In this document: positions 8,601 through 19,344 of the stretch, one piece after another
Position numbering within the stretch: the stretch's first letter is position 1
Layout: each line of letters starts with the position of its first letter
DNA from: Klebsormidium nitens
Taxonomy: Eukaryota; Plantae; Klebsormidiophyceae
NCBI GenBank assembly: GCA_000708835.1
Contig: DF237017.1
Coordinates: forward strand, 1 to 33,709
Length of the DNA stretch: 33,709 bases
Direction: 5' to 3'
Position numbers and translations under genes: made by a program
Notes under the pieces: generated by a model
The model's input: the letters and a program-made list of their open reading frames with translations, nothing else
Database searches by the model: none
What the model was told of the DNA's origin: nothing

Positions 8601-11460
8601 CGGAATAGCTTCAAAACTTGTCCTTTCTATCTTATCTGTCTGATCCATCTCAAATAGGTTCAAAAGTAAGTCTGAAATCATCCATTTATTTGATTTCGCT
8701 CGTCAAGCTTGCGCAAACAATTCTTGCACGAATTTCGTCGGCTGAAGTCTGATCCTTCTTTCGGTCGATGCTAGGATTGCCGCACGTTCCTTGGACGTTT
8801 CCGCTGTTTGCTTCTTACTTCTTCTCATCACTGGCGCTCCTGAACCCTGTTGTTTGCGTGCTGCTTTCCATCTCCTCAATCCGACTCGAACCCTGGTTCA
8901 GCGCTCTGGCTTCCTCGCAGATCGCAGAATTTTAGAATCCACGTCAATGTTGAACTCGATTACGTGCCTGTCTCCTCATCCCCTTGCGACCTCAGGTTAT
9001 TATTCTTAAAACCGCACACTCTAACCCGTTTTCTGCCCGCAGGACCGTCTCTGGGAGGAGTGGCTGAAGCAGCCTAACCCCAACACCACCTCGGGCGTCA
9101 ACGAGAACTTCGACGAACCCGCGTGGCTCGAGTCGACCTACACCTTCTACCGCGCGGACGGGGTTATGGAAACCATCCAGGTTAAGGACGTCCTCGACAC
9201 CAAGAACCTGGGCTACGTGTACTCGCCCGCGCTCAACAGCTGGAACGCCACCAACTCCGTCAAGTCCGGCGTCGCCGGGCGCGTCGCGGCCGCGGCCGCG
9301 GCCGCCGCACCCGCGGGCGCCCGCAAGCTGCTCCAGTCCGCGGAGCTCCCGCCCGCGCTCACGGTCGACGAGCTGCTCGCGCAGGTACGTCTCGATCTGA
9401 TTACAGTATTCCGAGTTCTGAAAGAACTCTGAAGCAAGTACTTCTCCGATGTTAACAGTAAATACTTGTCCTAAGCAGGATTTATAGCAGGTATGTATAC
9501 ATCTCACATGACGTATACCTCTCACATCTCAGTGTTTCGTTACAGCTTCGTTCTTTGTGAAACTCTAAACCCAAAAGGTTTGCGTGCTCCACAGTGCACC
9601 GACTGTACTGTAACCCACCGAAACCCTCTGTCTAACCCGACTCGTCCCAGCACTGGCTTCTTCTGGTTTCCCCAAGCTTATCACTGTAAACTCGTGCAGT
9701 ACCCTGAGAAGGAGTACACGTACGGCGAGCTGACTCCGAAGCTGGAGGCCCCGGTGCACATCGGGAGGGGCATCTCCCACTGGCGCATCAAGCGCACGCC
9801 GACCACGATCGTCGGCGCGCAGGAGATCCTCATCTTCTCCAACATCTCCGCCCGCATGGACGAGCGTTCCATCATCGAGGTAAGGGACAGCAGAAATACA
9901 CGACCAAACAATCGATCAATAAGGTAAATGACAGAGAAAACAATAACAGACAGCAGAGCTACACGACCAAACAATCAATCAATAAGGTAAATGACAAAGA
10001 AAACAATCACAGACAACCATCGAGGTAAGAATCTAGAGAAATAGATTGTGCTTAATAGTGCCGGAGCATCCATCATCTCCAGGCAAGGCCCGTAAAAGTT
10101 GTTCGGGAGCGCCACGGCGACTCTAAAATCTCCTTCCTCGTTGCTATACTTTGATCGAGCCATCGTAGCATGTTTACAAAGGCCGGACGTCCGCAAGGCC
10201 TCGCACCTAGTTTGCCCTTTGTCCTGCGCGTTTGTGGTCTTCGCACCCTTCCGTTGAAGCTTGGCTTTGATCTCGTCACTGGGTTCAGAGTTGTCGCCGT
10301 CCGTTCTTCGTTTTTGATGAACTTTGTTTTGACCCGACTGAAAAACCATCTCCTGTCAAGAGAGAACGGCTTTGGCCTGATCAAGCAGAAGACTGACCGT
10401 AGGCATGCTGACGATAGCAGGTGTGATTCAAGCAGCCGAGCGTTGACTAACGCTGTGATCGAGAAACCGAACGTGGACTGAAGAGAACGACTTCCGCCTA
10501 ACGACGCTGAAAAAATGTTGCAGGGTTGTATAAGGTCGTAGGGTTCTATTTCGGGCTTTCCGGGTGTAGTCCATTTCCGCTAAGGTTGTGCGCTGACGTT
10601 GGCAGGTGTGGATCAACAAGCCGAACGTGACGATCAAGGACAAGCTGAGCTGGCACTACGCGGGGGCTTTGACCCAGATCCCTATGTCCCCCAACAGCAA
10701 CAACGTCCTCTCCACACAGCTCTACTCCACCGCCAAGAACCGCCCCCTGCAGGTAACCCGCGCTTTGTTGCGCCGCATGCTGGGTTGTACGTGTCTTTTC
10801 AGAGCGTTGACCCCGGCCAAACCGTGTGTTTTGCGTGCGTTTTCAGAGCTTTGAAACCGAGTTTCTCCTGAAGCCGCTGAGCTCTGTCGGACTCTGACAA
10901 ACAGTGCCTTCAGCACCGCTTAAGTTATTGCAACTGATAGATACTGTACGGTTGCGGCAATGCTTGACTTTTTTCGTCATCAAGAATCGAAGGGAAGATG
11001 TCCCGCCCTTAGCAGATAATCTACCCCCTGCTCAAGGCGACTACTTGTATGATTGTGTCATTGTGTCCAACTAACCCCCTGCTCTGCCCGCAGATCAACA
11101 CCGATCTGATAATTTGGGCCTGCTCAAGGCGACCAATTGTTGTATGGTGTCAATGTCTAACTGACTGATTCCACTCCCCGCAGATTAACACCGATCTGTA
11201 CCACCTGGGCCTGCTCAAGGCGACCAAGTGTTGTATGGTGTCAATGTCTAACTGACTGATTCCACTCCCCGCAGATTAACACCGATCTGTACAACCTGGG
11301 CCTGCTCAAGGCTACCGAGCTGCTCATTACGCTGGTCCCCGTCGAGTACTTTGTCGACGAGCAGAACAATGCGTTCCGCGCCGCGCCCCAGTTCAGCACC
11401 ATCTCTCTGGGCGGAGCGGAAATCCATCAAGGAACCCTCAAGTCTTACTTCCAGAAGTAA
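2653..11460 (+). CDS. PPO: Polyphenol oxidase / tyrosinase (type-3 copper), plant PPO architecture with N-terminal signal peptide; ~610 aa, 9 exons
   Basis: Exons 2653-2913, 4517-4678, 5905-6073, 6952-7133, 7951-8154, 9043-9384, 9700-9879, 10606-10752, 11275-11460 join in frame. Motifs: N-terminal PDVLNNC...CCP; CuA QARVHCVHC...IHNGWHFLPWHR...DPTFAMPYWEWD; CuB LEILHGWPH...DMGSF...DPAFWSHHYNIDRLW; DWL-like AWLESTYTFY...VKDVLDTKNLGYVY; KFDV-like C-terminal domain EILIF...IEVWIN...YAGAL...LITLVP. Exons show strong C/G-ending codon bias. Confidence 0.93.
6152..6365 (+). repeat. Two decayed copies of the PPO exon 3 3' end plus donor, within intron 3
   Basis: ttcgagcagtc...gctccaggaccccaccttcgcc...ggataacc...gcaggttt (6152-6260) and a more degenerate copy at ~6286-6360, compared with exon sequence 5998-6130. 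Confidence 0.85.
6765..6862 (+). repeat. Intronic copy of the PPO exon 4 acceptor plus first ~70 nt of the exon
   Basis: gacgggcttattcacactca..caggcacttggctgctccctcagtacctggacagcaagtccgcc...cagcaagcgtacccagaac matches 6927-7019. Confidence 0.9.
7763..7876 (+). repeat. Intronic copy of the PPO exon 5 acceptor plus exon start
   Basis: taaccctccgtttgttccc.ccggtttgcagagcagctacggcaaccag.gcaccctggag.tcctccacgggtggccc matches 7921-8030. Decoy AG at 7795, true AG at 7950. Confidence 0.9.
8326..8760 (+). repeat. Intronic copies of the PPO exon 5 end plus donor, with associated intron repeats
   Basis: Exact 34-nt copy gccttctggtctcaccactacaacattgtacgta at 8326-8359 (= 8128-8161). Decayed copy at 8552-8598. 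Interspersed repeated gagcttgcgc.aa....ttgcacgaagt units. Confidence 0.9.
9886..10030 (+). repeat. ~63-bp tandem duplication after the PPO exon 7 donor, ending in a donor echo (catcgaggtaag)
   Basis: acagcaga..tacacgaccaaacaatc.atcaataaggtaaatgaca occurs twice. catcgaggtaag at ~10018-10029 equals the true junction 9873-9884. Confidence 0.8.
11010..11310 (+). repeat. ~90-bp tandem array of the PPO last-exon acceptor plus exon start (3 decoys plus the true copy)
   Basis: CAG acceptors end at 11015 (decayed), 11093, 11183 and 11274 (true). Each is followed by a version of attaacaccgatctg...gggcctgctcaaggc. Confidence 0.92.
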
Positions 11461-13090
11461 AACTCGGTTAACTGGTTAACCCTCGTCGGAGGCGGAGAGG
11501 AAAACTTGGTTAAGTGGTCAACTTTCGTCGGCGAAAGTCAGGCGAAGAGTGCTTTGCTAACTGGACCGTAAGTTCAGCAGCACGGGTTGGTCGAGAGTCG
11601 TCGTCGTTGGAGCCCCCCGAGTCTTAGCGAACCGGGCGGGTTAGTAGTAGGGTTAGGGACGTGGTTTTCCAGTCCCCGGAGCGTGCGTAACCGGGCCGTT
11701 TAGTAAGGATAGAGATGGGGTATCAATCGCGGTCCGTGAAAGTGTTGGCAAGCACGTGGGAGGAAAGGGGCGCATCGATTTTCGCCCGTACAGTCTCCTT
11801 TCACCGCCGTCTGTTGTGCTCTGCAGAAGTTTCTTAGCGGTTATACGCCACTTGCATCCGTCAGCAATAAAGCGCAGGCGGTCATTGACCAAGTTGGAAG
11901 CAGGTGTTGTAAAACATTCGTTGCGCTGGTAGCAGGTCAAGTGGGTGCATTGCTAACGAGTTGCACGGTCGTGTGCTGTCATTGTTTCGGCTGAAGTACG
12001 GTATGCCAGGTGTCAGTCAAACCAAGACCATCTTTATTGTTGATGCAAGACCATATGTATTTATGTTCTGAGTTCAACGTCAGTCAATTTTCCCCTCTTC
12101 GAACAGATGTTGAATCTTACACATGAATGGCCCATGGTGAACGCTCCTTGTTTAGCGTGCTCGGACCCTAGATATGTTGACCCGCGTTGCAGGGCTAGGG
12201 GCCTGTCGCCAAGCTTCCTAGTATGGTATACGAAACCAGCTCGACAATCAGTCTTAGTATGCTCATTGATCTACACGCGCCTTCGCTTTGCATACCAAGA
12301 GTAATCAACCCTGTTCGGTCATCCATGAAAGCTAGACAGGGGGCCCTCCTCTTTTTGCAACTTCCAAGGTCATCATGTGCACACATGTACAAGAAGGGCG
12401 CAGCTACAGGCAAATTGCTGCAATATGCTGTTCAGGCGTACATGCATACTACATTTGGTCCATCAGCAATTAAGCGAATGCACATACTCAAAAGCTTTAT
12501 ATATATATCCGGCCCGCATAAACACCATGTACTAAGGACGGTTGCCGCGTGTGAAGGTATATTCCATATCTAAAGGTGTTGGCGCCGCGCGTTGACTGGC
12601 ACCTACAACCCAATTATCACGCGCGCTCAGCGCGATCAGTCTCGCACGGCGCTGCGGCCAGAGTTACAAGGACATGCATGATAAGGGCAACATACAGAAA
12701 ACATGATCATGACATGCAAGCACGATTCACATATCGATGCCGGTCAAAGGTCGGCCGCGCTGGCATTCGACAATCATTGCTGCGCTGCACACCGTCAACT
12801 AGTCATGCCGCGCTGCTCGTTTATAGTTTGTCTTCAAGAGATTTCGAGCCCAATTCGGTGGCACGTACAGTGTTTTAATGTGCCCGCTTTTCTATGAAAG
12901 TGACTTGAAGTCAAGGCCGGCCTTCTGGCAGCCGCCTTGGACTTCATGTCCAATTGTACGAAGCATGTCGCAGCTACTTACAATGCCACCCCATCTGCCA
13001 ATGAGGTTTTAAGGAGAGCTACTAAGGTCCCAAGATAAGTCACTCTAGCGTGCAACTCCGAGACTCTCCGACTACCTCATCACTTGGATC

Positions 13091-13277
13091 AACCTCAAGA
13101 AAAACAATAGTAAGCCGAGACATTAGGAAGGTAACCGCACTGGGACGGGTAGCTAGGGTTAGTTTGGTAATTAGGGTGGTACGGGTGCGGAGCGGGTGTA
13201 TTTCTGGGTTAGGGTTTTTATTATTAGTCGGAGCTTATAATTATCTTGGCTTACTAAGTTTCAGCTTTCTTGAGTTT
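13091..13277 (+). repeat. G-rich conserved motif, copy 3 (~13141-13225), inside a third inverted repeat (13091-13128 / 13236-13277)
   Basis: gggacgggt...ttagggtggtacgggtgcggagc...gggttagggttttta. Arms ctcaagaaa...tagtaagccgaga / tcttggcttacta...tttcttgag. Confidence 0.8.
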
Positions 13278-13503
13278 TATAGTACTTTGTACCGTCCCGT
13301 CACAAGCGCCGGTTGACTTGCTAAGGCTCCTACTGTAATGATTGACAAGCTGGAGAGAACGCCAATGAAACCAAGCCTCCAACTATGTACGTCCACCGAA
13401 TCGTTATTGGCAAAGCTCCTCATCAAGTCGACTGATCTTCTTCATTGCGTAAGTCTTCTGCAGCAAAGGAGTGCCATGTCAACGAGCTGACGTGTGCGCT
13501 TTG

Positions 13504-16500
13504 TCACCTGACGCCTTCGGGAGACCAGCAAAACCGCTCGTTCTTGTTGAGTGCCAAGAGCGACGCGACGTCCTCTCCTTCTAACTCGAAGTCGAAGTCG
13601 AAGACTCTCGCATTTTCCTCGATCCGCTCCTTCGTGACTGATTTTGGGATCACGACTGCAAGAGAACAGAAAGACTCCTGGAACGTCCGAAGATGCTGGG
13701 ACAAAAGTAGCAGAAGGCGAACGTTGCAAAATCACACACCGAAAAGCCGTCAAGATTTCATAAACATCGCTGAGTCCTTCAGGCCAAGGACGGATTGGAA
13801 CAGAATAAGGTCTAAGCTCTGTACGACCTTGGGCTCTAGAACCGGCCTAGTTCTTTGCAAGACCAGTTGCTTGCGAATCGGAAAACTGATTCTTCAGCAA
13901 CCGAGGCCACTCGGAACAAGAAGACGTATGATATCATCCCTCCGACGTAACGGATAGAGGGAAGGCGTTGAAGCATGTGGCTCGAGGGAGACGTTGAGAA
14001 TACCGGGTTTGATCGGCTTGTAGGTTTTCAATCTGTCACTCTCTGAAACAGGTTGCGGAGTGTGACAGGCTTCTGACTGTTTTTACAATTGGACTCCAAA
14101 ACGCATTCTCTGCAAATAACCTTGCGCATATGACATTGTATCAAGGAAACGATCCAGCTTGTTCCTTTGTGAACACAAGTATTCTGGCACATAGATAACC
14201 CTGGTTACTGATGCCCCAGGTCTTCGTAATTCTCAAGAGCCTGAAAGACACCTAGCCCCTTCGCAATCCCAGAACTTCAAAACCTGTTCCAGCACCCATT
14301 TGCTTACTTAAAACCGCACCGCAAATTTTGGAGCACTTTGTCTCCTTCGAAACACAGGACCACGAATTCGTGGTTGTCAAAGCTAGACGAGATGTAGGAA
14401 GCAACATTTTGTAAAAAGCGTGATATCGGAACAGATCCGGACTTCCGACCCGCCCAAAGTACATTACTCACTCAGATTGGTTTGGAGCCCCCACCGCAGC
14501 AGGACCTGAGCGGGAGTACGTCCGAATTTGTGCGCCAACCGGACGACCGTGGCGTCCGAAAGGAGCTGCGAGAAAGGAAGAACTAGAGTCGGCTGCATTT
14601 CGTACCGTCGAGGGTAATTCAAGGCAAGGCGCTCAAGGGATTTCCGAGGGGCTGCGTCCGTATTTCGCGCCAACCGGACGACCGGACGACCGTGGCGTTC
14701 GAAAGGAGCTGTGAGAGATGCAGACCTAGGGTGGGCTCTGTTTTTATCACCGTTAAAAGGGTCAAAAAGCAAGGCGCTCAAGGGATGTCCAAGGGGACGC
14801 TGTGCTGCGTCCGTATTTCAGCGCCAACCGGACAACTGTGGCGTCCGAACCGAGCTGCGGAAAGAGAAAAGTAGAGCTGCATGTCGGACCGTTGGAAAGT
14901 ACTGAAAGGCAAGGCGCTCAAGGGATGTCAATAGGGACACGGGGCTGCGTCCGTATTTTCGCGCTAACCGGACAACTGCGGCGTCCGAACGGAGCTGCAG
15001 GAACGCAAAAGTAGAGCTGCATGTCGGACCGTTGGAAAGCCTCCAACACCCCGGGCGCTTGTGCAGGGCTAAGAGGAACCCGGGCTCAAAGAACCCATCC
15101 CTGGGCTGAGTCACTTCCTCGGTCGCCGATCTGCTCCTAATGGTTCTGTTCAAGAAGAGTTGCAAGAGGCGAGACACTAAGATGAGATGCAATCTGAACT
15201 GTCCACGTGTGTTCGATTCCTGGGACGTTTACGGAGGGTTCCAAACGGGGAAAGACCGGATTCAAAACACCTTGTGACTTGAGCTGATTATCCTCGACGG
15301 TTGCTGATCCGGTTCCTTTTCCGTCTCGTTTGATAGGAGCTGACGGAAGTTCAAGGTGGGCTGCTTTTCGGACGGTCGGGCCAAAGTGTCCGAGTGGCGA
15401 GGCGCCCCAAGTCGTCAACGGGACGGCCCTTGGACGTCTTCAATTTGAGCTACTTCGCTTTCCTTGTTGCAAGTCGATTCACAGTGGCTGTTCGAGTGTC
15501 CGCTTGCAGCAGAGCTGTGCGGCGAGACGAAGAAGGTGCGCTGCTTCTCAAACGGTAAATATTATGGTCCGAAGCAGACAAAGAACGAAACGCGGGTAAC
15601 TTTCAAGGTCTTGACGTCGCTTCCAAATGCAACGAGACGTTACGCGTACCGGTCCCTTTCTTCCTTGTACTCAAGAGGTGTTTGCAAGTTCTTTCAACTT
15701 TCCCTTTACCGCAACGTTTCTCACATCCGGCTAATCCGGTAAGTCGCACCCGCAATCTGACCTCGCCGCAGCGCAGCGGTATATGCCCTCCCACAAGAAT
15801 GCCCACAAAAGTCAAAATGTTGAAAGCAATTTCCTGTTCTGGTTAGGATGTGCGGTGCTTAACATCAACAACGCTATCTTGCCGCAACCTAGGGGTGAAT
15901 GCACTTTCACACAAATGTAATCGCTCACAAAAATGTCAAAAATGTAATTCGAATACCCCTCAAGTTCCGACCTGCGGTCATTTACACCAGTAGTCTTACC
16001 TCGCCGCAACTCGGGTGGATACGCCTCCACACACATGCCTTATCACGCAGACGTAAACGTTGTCGTAGACTTAGTAACTACTCTACCATGGACGTGCGGC
16101 TCTTCACACGAGCACTCTCACCTCGCCGCAAGCCCAGGGGTGAATACGCCTCCGACTCGATGCCCTTGCTCACAGTAATACCGAAGAATCGATTCTCGAA
16201 TACCCCTCAGCTTCCAATCTGAAATTATTTACACAGTTAGTCTTACCTCGCCGCAGCCTAGGGGTGAATACGCCTCCACCCGGATGCCCTTGCTCGCGCA
16301 AAACTCCCGCAGCCCCTCTTGCGTGAGGTACGGGTGTACCTCGATCTGGTTCACTGCGGGCACTACGGACGATGCGGACAGCAGCTCCTCGAGGTGCGTC
16401 CGCAGGAAGTTGCTGACGCCGATCGAACGGCATCGGCCTGCAAAACGGAGTCAAATACTTCGTTCTCTCAGACTTTTTGGAACTGCACCTTGCGGTCTCA

Positions 16501-19344
16501 AAATGCTGAGGCTTCAACCTCGTTCAAATTTGGGAACTGCGGACGGTGCGGACAGCAGCTCTTTCACGGCGTCCGCAGGAAGTTGCTGACGCCAATCGAG
16601 CGGCATCTTCCTGCGAAAGGACATCTCGTTCATGTCTGGTGTCCTGACTCTACTCCTTGCGGTCTCAAAATGCTGAGGCTTCGATCTAATTTGCTTTCGA
16701 AACGGCGCACTATATGGACAGTAGCCCTTCTAGGTGCGTCGGCAGGAAGTTGCTGACGCCAATCGAGCGGCATCGGCCTGCGAAACGAAAGGTAGCGGAC
16801 CCTAGGTCCTCCGTTTCAGGTTCTCAGATTACAGGCTTTTTTGATGATACTGTAACTATGTAGTACGAGGTTCTCGAACCTCGATAAGGAGTCCTTCGCA
16901 ACATAAACGACAGACGATGCGGAGAGCAACTCCTCCATGTGGATCCGGACGGAATCACGGACGCCGATCGAAGGGCATCAGCCTGCGTCGTGCATGTCAC
17001 TGGGTTCTCAGGCTTATCTACTAGGTTGGACGCTGTCTAGACAAGCACACATGTTCTTGTTCGACACCATCCGCTGACTCTAAATTTCAACCTTTGAATC
17101 CAGCACAACAGACGATGCGGACAGCAGCTCCTCCAGGTGCGTCCGCTTGAAGTCGCTGACACCAATTGAGCGGCAAACGGTCGCCGGGTTTCAAGGGTTT
17201 CGTCGAGAATCGGTAATCTGGATGTGGTAACTAGCGGTTCCAGTAATCTGCGGCGCCCCGTCAGTCAAACGGACGTCGCTAAGGACTGATGAAGGCCTCC
17301 GAAACAAGGTGGTAGAAGAGAAGGAGCAGAACCGGCTTGTGGTAATCGTGGAACTACCGAACGGGTGCAAAGCTGGGACGTTCTGCTATCCCATTTAACC
17401 ACGTTCTAAATCACCGAAGAGCTTGTTACTGCTGACCCAAAAAACGCCATTCATCCTTCTCAGCAAGTAGACTTCGCAGCAATATCCAACGGTCTCGGTA
17501 ACTTATCCAAGATCACAAGACAGGATCAGCCGTGCAAGATTCGTGGATCAGTCCGTTTGATCCCAATCGAGTCACTACCTAAACAGACTACATCCATCAG
17601 CCGACCACAGACTATGTATCCTTCATGATATCCCCAGACCATCGGGTTTAGGGTAACCCACTACAAACAAGAATAGTTCCTGAAAAATTCGTACCTTCTC
17701 GGAACGCCTCCTCCATGGCCCGCCACGTCTCATGCCGCAAGTGAACGTTCCGTTCTGACGTCACCGGAACGGAGGAAGCCCCGGGCCAGTGAACCAGATA
17801 CAGATCCAAGTAGTCGGTCCCTAATCGTGTGAGGCTTTCTTGCAGGGCTTTGCGCGCCTTCTCGTACCTGTGGCCCTGGAAAGGGGGATGCTTTCAGAGG
17901 GTCGTTTTACCCCCCTGGAAAGATAAACTTCTGTTCCTGCTTTTCCACTCTTTCTAATTTGTGTACTCTGAGCACTGCCGATATTGGTACCTTGAGGGTC
18001 GTCGCTTATCAAGGACGAGTCTAAGCACTTGTCAAATGGGCAAGGACGAGTCTAATCCTGTCAAATGGGCAGAAATTAGCACGTCTAGAGCAGCCAGGAA
18101 CCAAACACGGGAACAGCAAAGTCGAAGCAATGCATTACTGAGCAGACTCGAAACCGTCATGCACAGAACACGAAAACAGTTTGATTCTCTAGGATTCACG
18201 AGGACATGGCGCGCTGGCTCACCCTTGTTGATAGGGCGACACTTTGCTGGTGATAAAGAGACTCTCTCGGGCTACCCGAGAGTCTCGAATAGCTTCGGCG
18301 ATATCCTCCTCATTCCTGTCACAAGAACAAGATTGGCCCCATTGAATATTGGTGCCTTCTTTTATTTCTCTCCGTTCTGTCCCCTTGAGGAGTTTGGCGC
18401 AACTCCTGGGCTTTCAGGTGCTTTCACGGGAGGAGCTACTATACTCCGCTTTCAATAATCTTCGCTCTTAGACTGAACCCCAGAACGGCTCTCCTCTCTG
18501 ATTGGAGCCAGGATCAGAGTCCCTCATACCCTCATAGATTTGGGGGACATTTTTCTTAAACCGATGCAAACATTAGTGAGCCAAGCGACAGAATCGCGGA
18601 TGGTATATGGGCAATAAAAAGACAGGGGGATTATAACACCACTTCAGCTCATTTTCATCAATCGGGCAAATCAGCAATCGCAAAACGCGTTGATGAACCA
18701 ACGCAGTTCCAGCGCATGAAGTGTCGAGCCCATTGAGGGACTGTACTTTGCTCACCTGTAGATTGATGCCGTGTCGATATGTCGATACCTGCACAAATGG
18801 GACACAGTGATTTGCATCAGCACACAGAGATTGGCAGAGACGTCTAGTAGGCCAGCCAACCTGGTTCTCAGAAGAGACTTAGTCAGAACAAGCACCACAG
18901 GACCACTACCGTAAAATTTAACCTGAGACTGAACCAGAGACCGAACCAGAGGCTCAATCAGAGGCTCAACCAGACACAGGAAGCCTTTCTATGCACTGTA
19001 GAGCGCAAGTGTGAGGTGTGGACTTTCGCTGATTTGCTTGGTGCGAATGGGGGAGAGCTACGCGATTCGAAAATGTTGGTGTCCCAATCCAGAAGACACT
19101 GTAATCAGCCCTTGAAATGCAGTGCCACCGCAAAAGGCAGCACTTAAACTTCAGGTGCGGGTGTTTGATGCTGACTCTTCCAAAGGGCTCAGTGTAAGGT
19201 GGCCTACCCTGCCTCAATTGCCCACTTGACTGCATTTCTGACGTCCACGCCCTTCGCTTTGTAGGTTCCCAGGCCGAGCACTGGCATCTCGAACCCCGTG
19301 TTCAGGGTCACGCTAGATGTAAGTGCCGCACACTCTGACGCCAT
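13504..19344 (-). CDS. Aldo-keto reductase (NADPH-dependent, AKR superfamily); 290 aa, 7 exons
   Basis: Exons 19344-19208, 18788-18756, 18315-18223, 17867-17695, 16437-16247, 14565-14472, 13655-13504, all GT-AG and in frame. Motifs: [86 protein letters not shown]...RIEEN. The catalytic D/Y/K/H tetrad is present. Confidence 0.93.
14600..15040 (-). repeat. Three intronic copies (~140-bp period) of the AKR exon 6 acceptor plus exon start
   Basis: gcgccaaccggac.ac.gtggcgtccgaa.ggagctgc repeated at ~14668, ~14821 and ~14961, compared with the true sequence 14532-14570. Confidence 0.9.
15755..16245 (-). repeat. Four intronic copies (~120-bp period) of the AKR exon 5 end plus donor
   Basis: (t)acctcgccgca...ggggtgaatacgcctcc at ~16118, ~15993, ~15876 and ~15758, compared with the true sequence 16243-16280. 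Confidence 0.88.
16438..17180 (-). repeat. Four intronic copies (~175-195-bp period) of the AKR exon 5 acceptor plus first ~70 nt
   Basis: gacgatgcggacagcagctc...gcgtccgcaggaagttgctgacgcc.atcga.cggcatc..cctgc at ~16540, ~16715, ~16912 and ~17111, compared with the true sequence 16367-16441. Confidence 0.9.
18010..18072 (+). repeat. ~31-bp tandem duplication (AKR intron 3)
   Basis: caaggacgagtctaa...tgtcaaatggg occurs twice. Confidence 0.8.

Noticed and set aside
11010-11310. CRISPR-like array
   Set aside because: The units are whole tandem duplications of a splice acceptor, with no unique spacers, no cas genes and a eukaryotic context.
14600-17180. Separate AKR pseudogenes or paralogs
   Set aside because: The fragments are only exon ends within introns of one intact gene, not independent gene copies.
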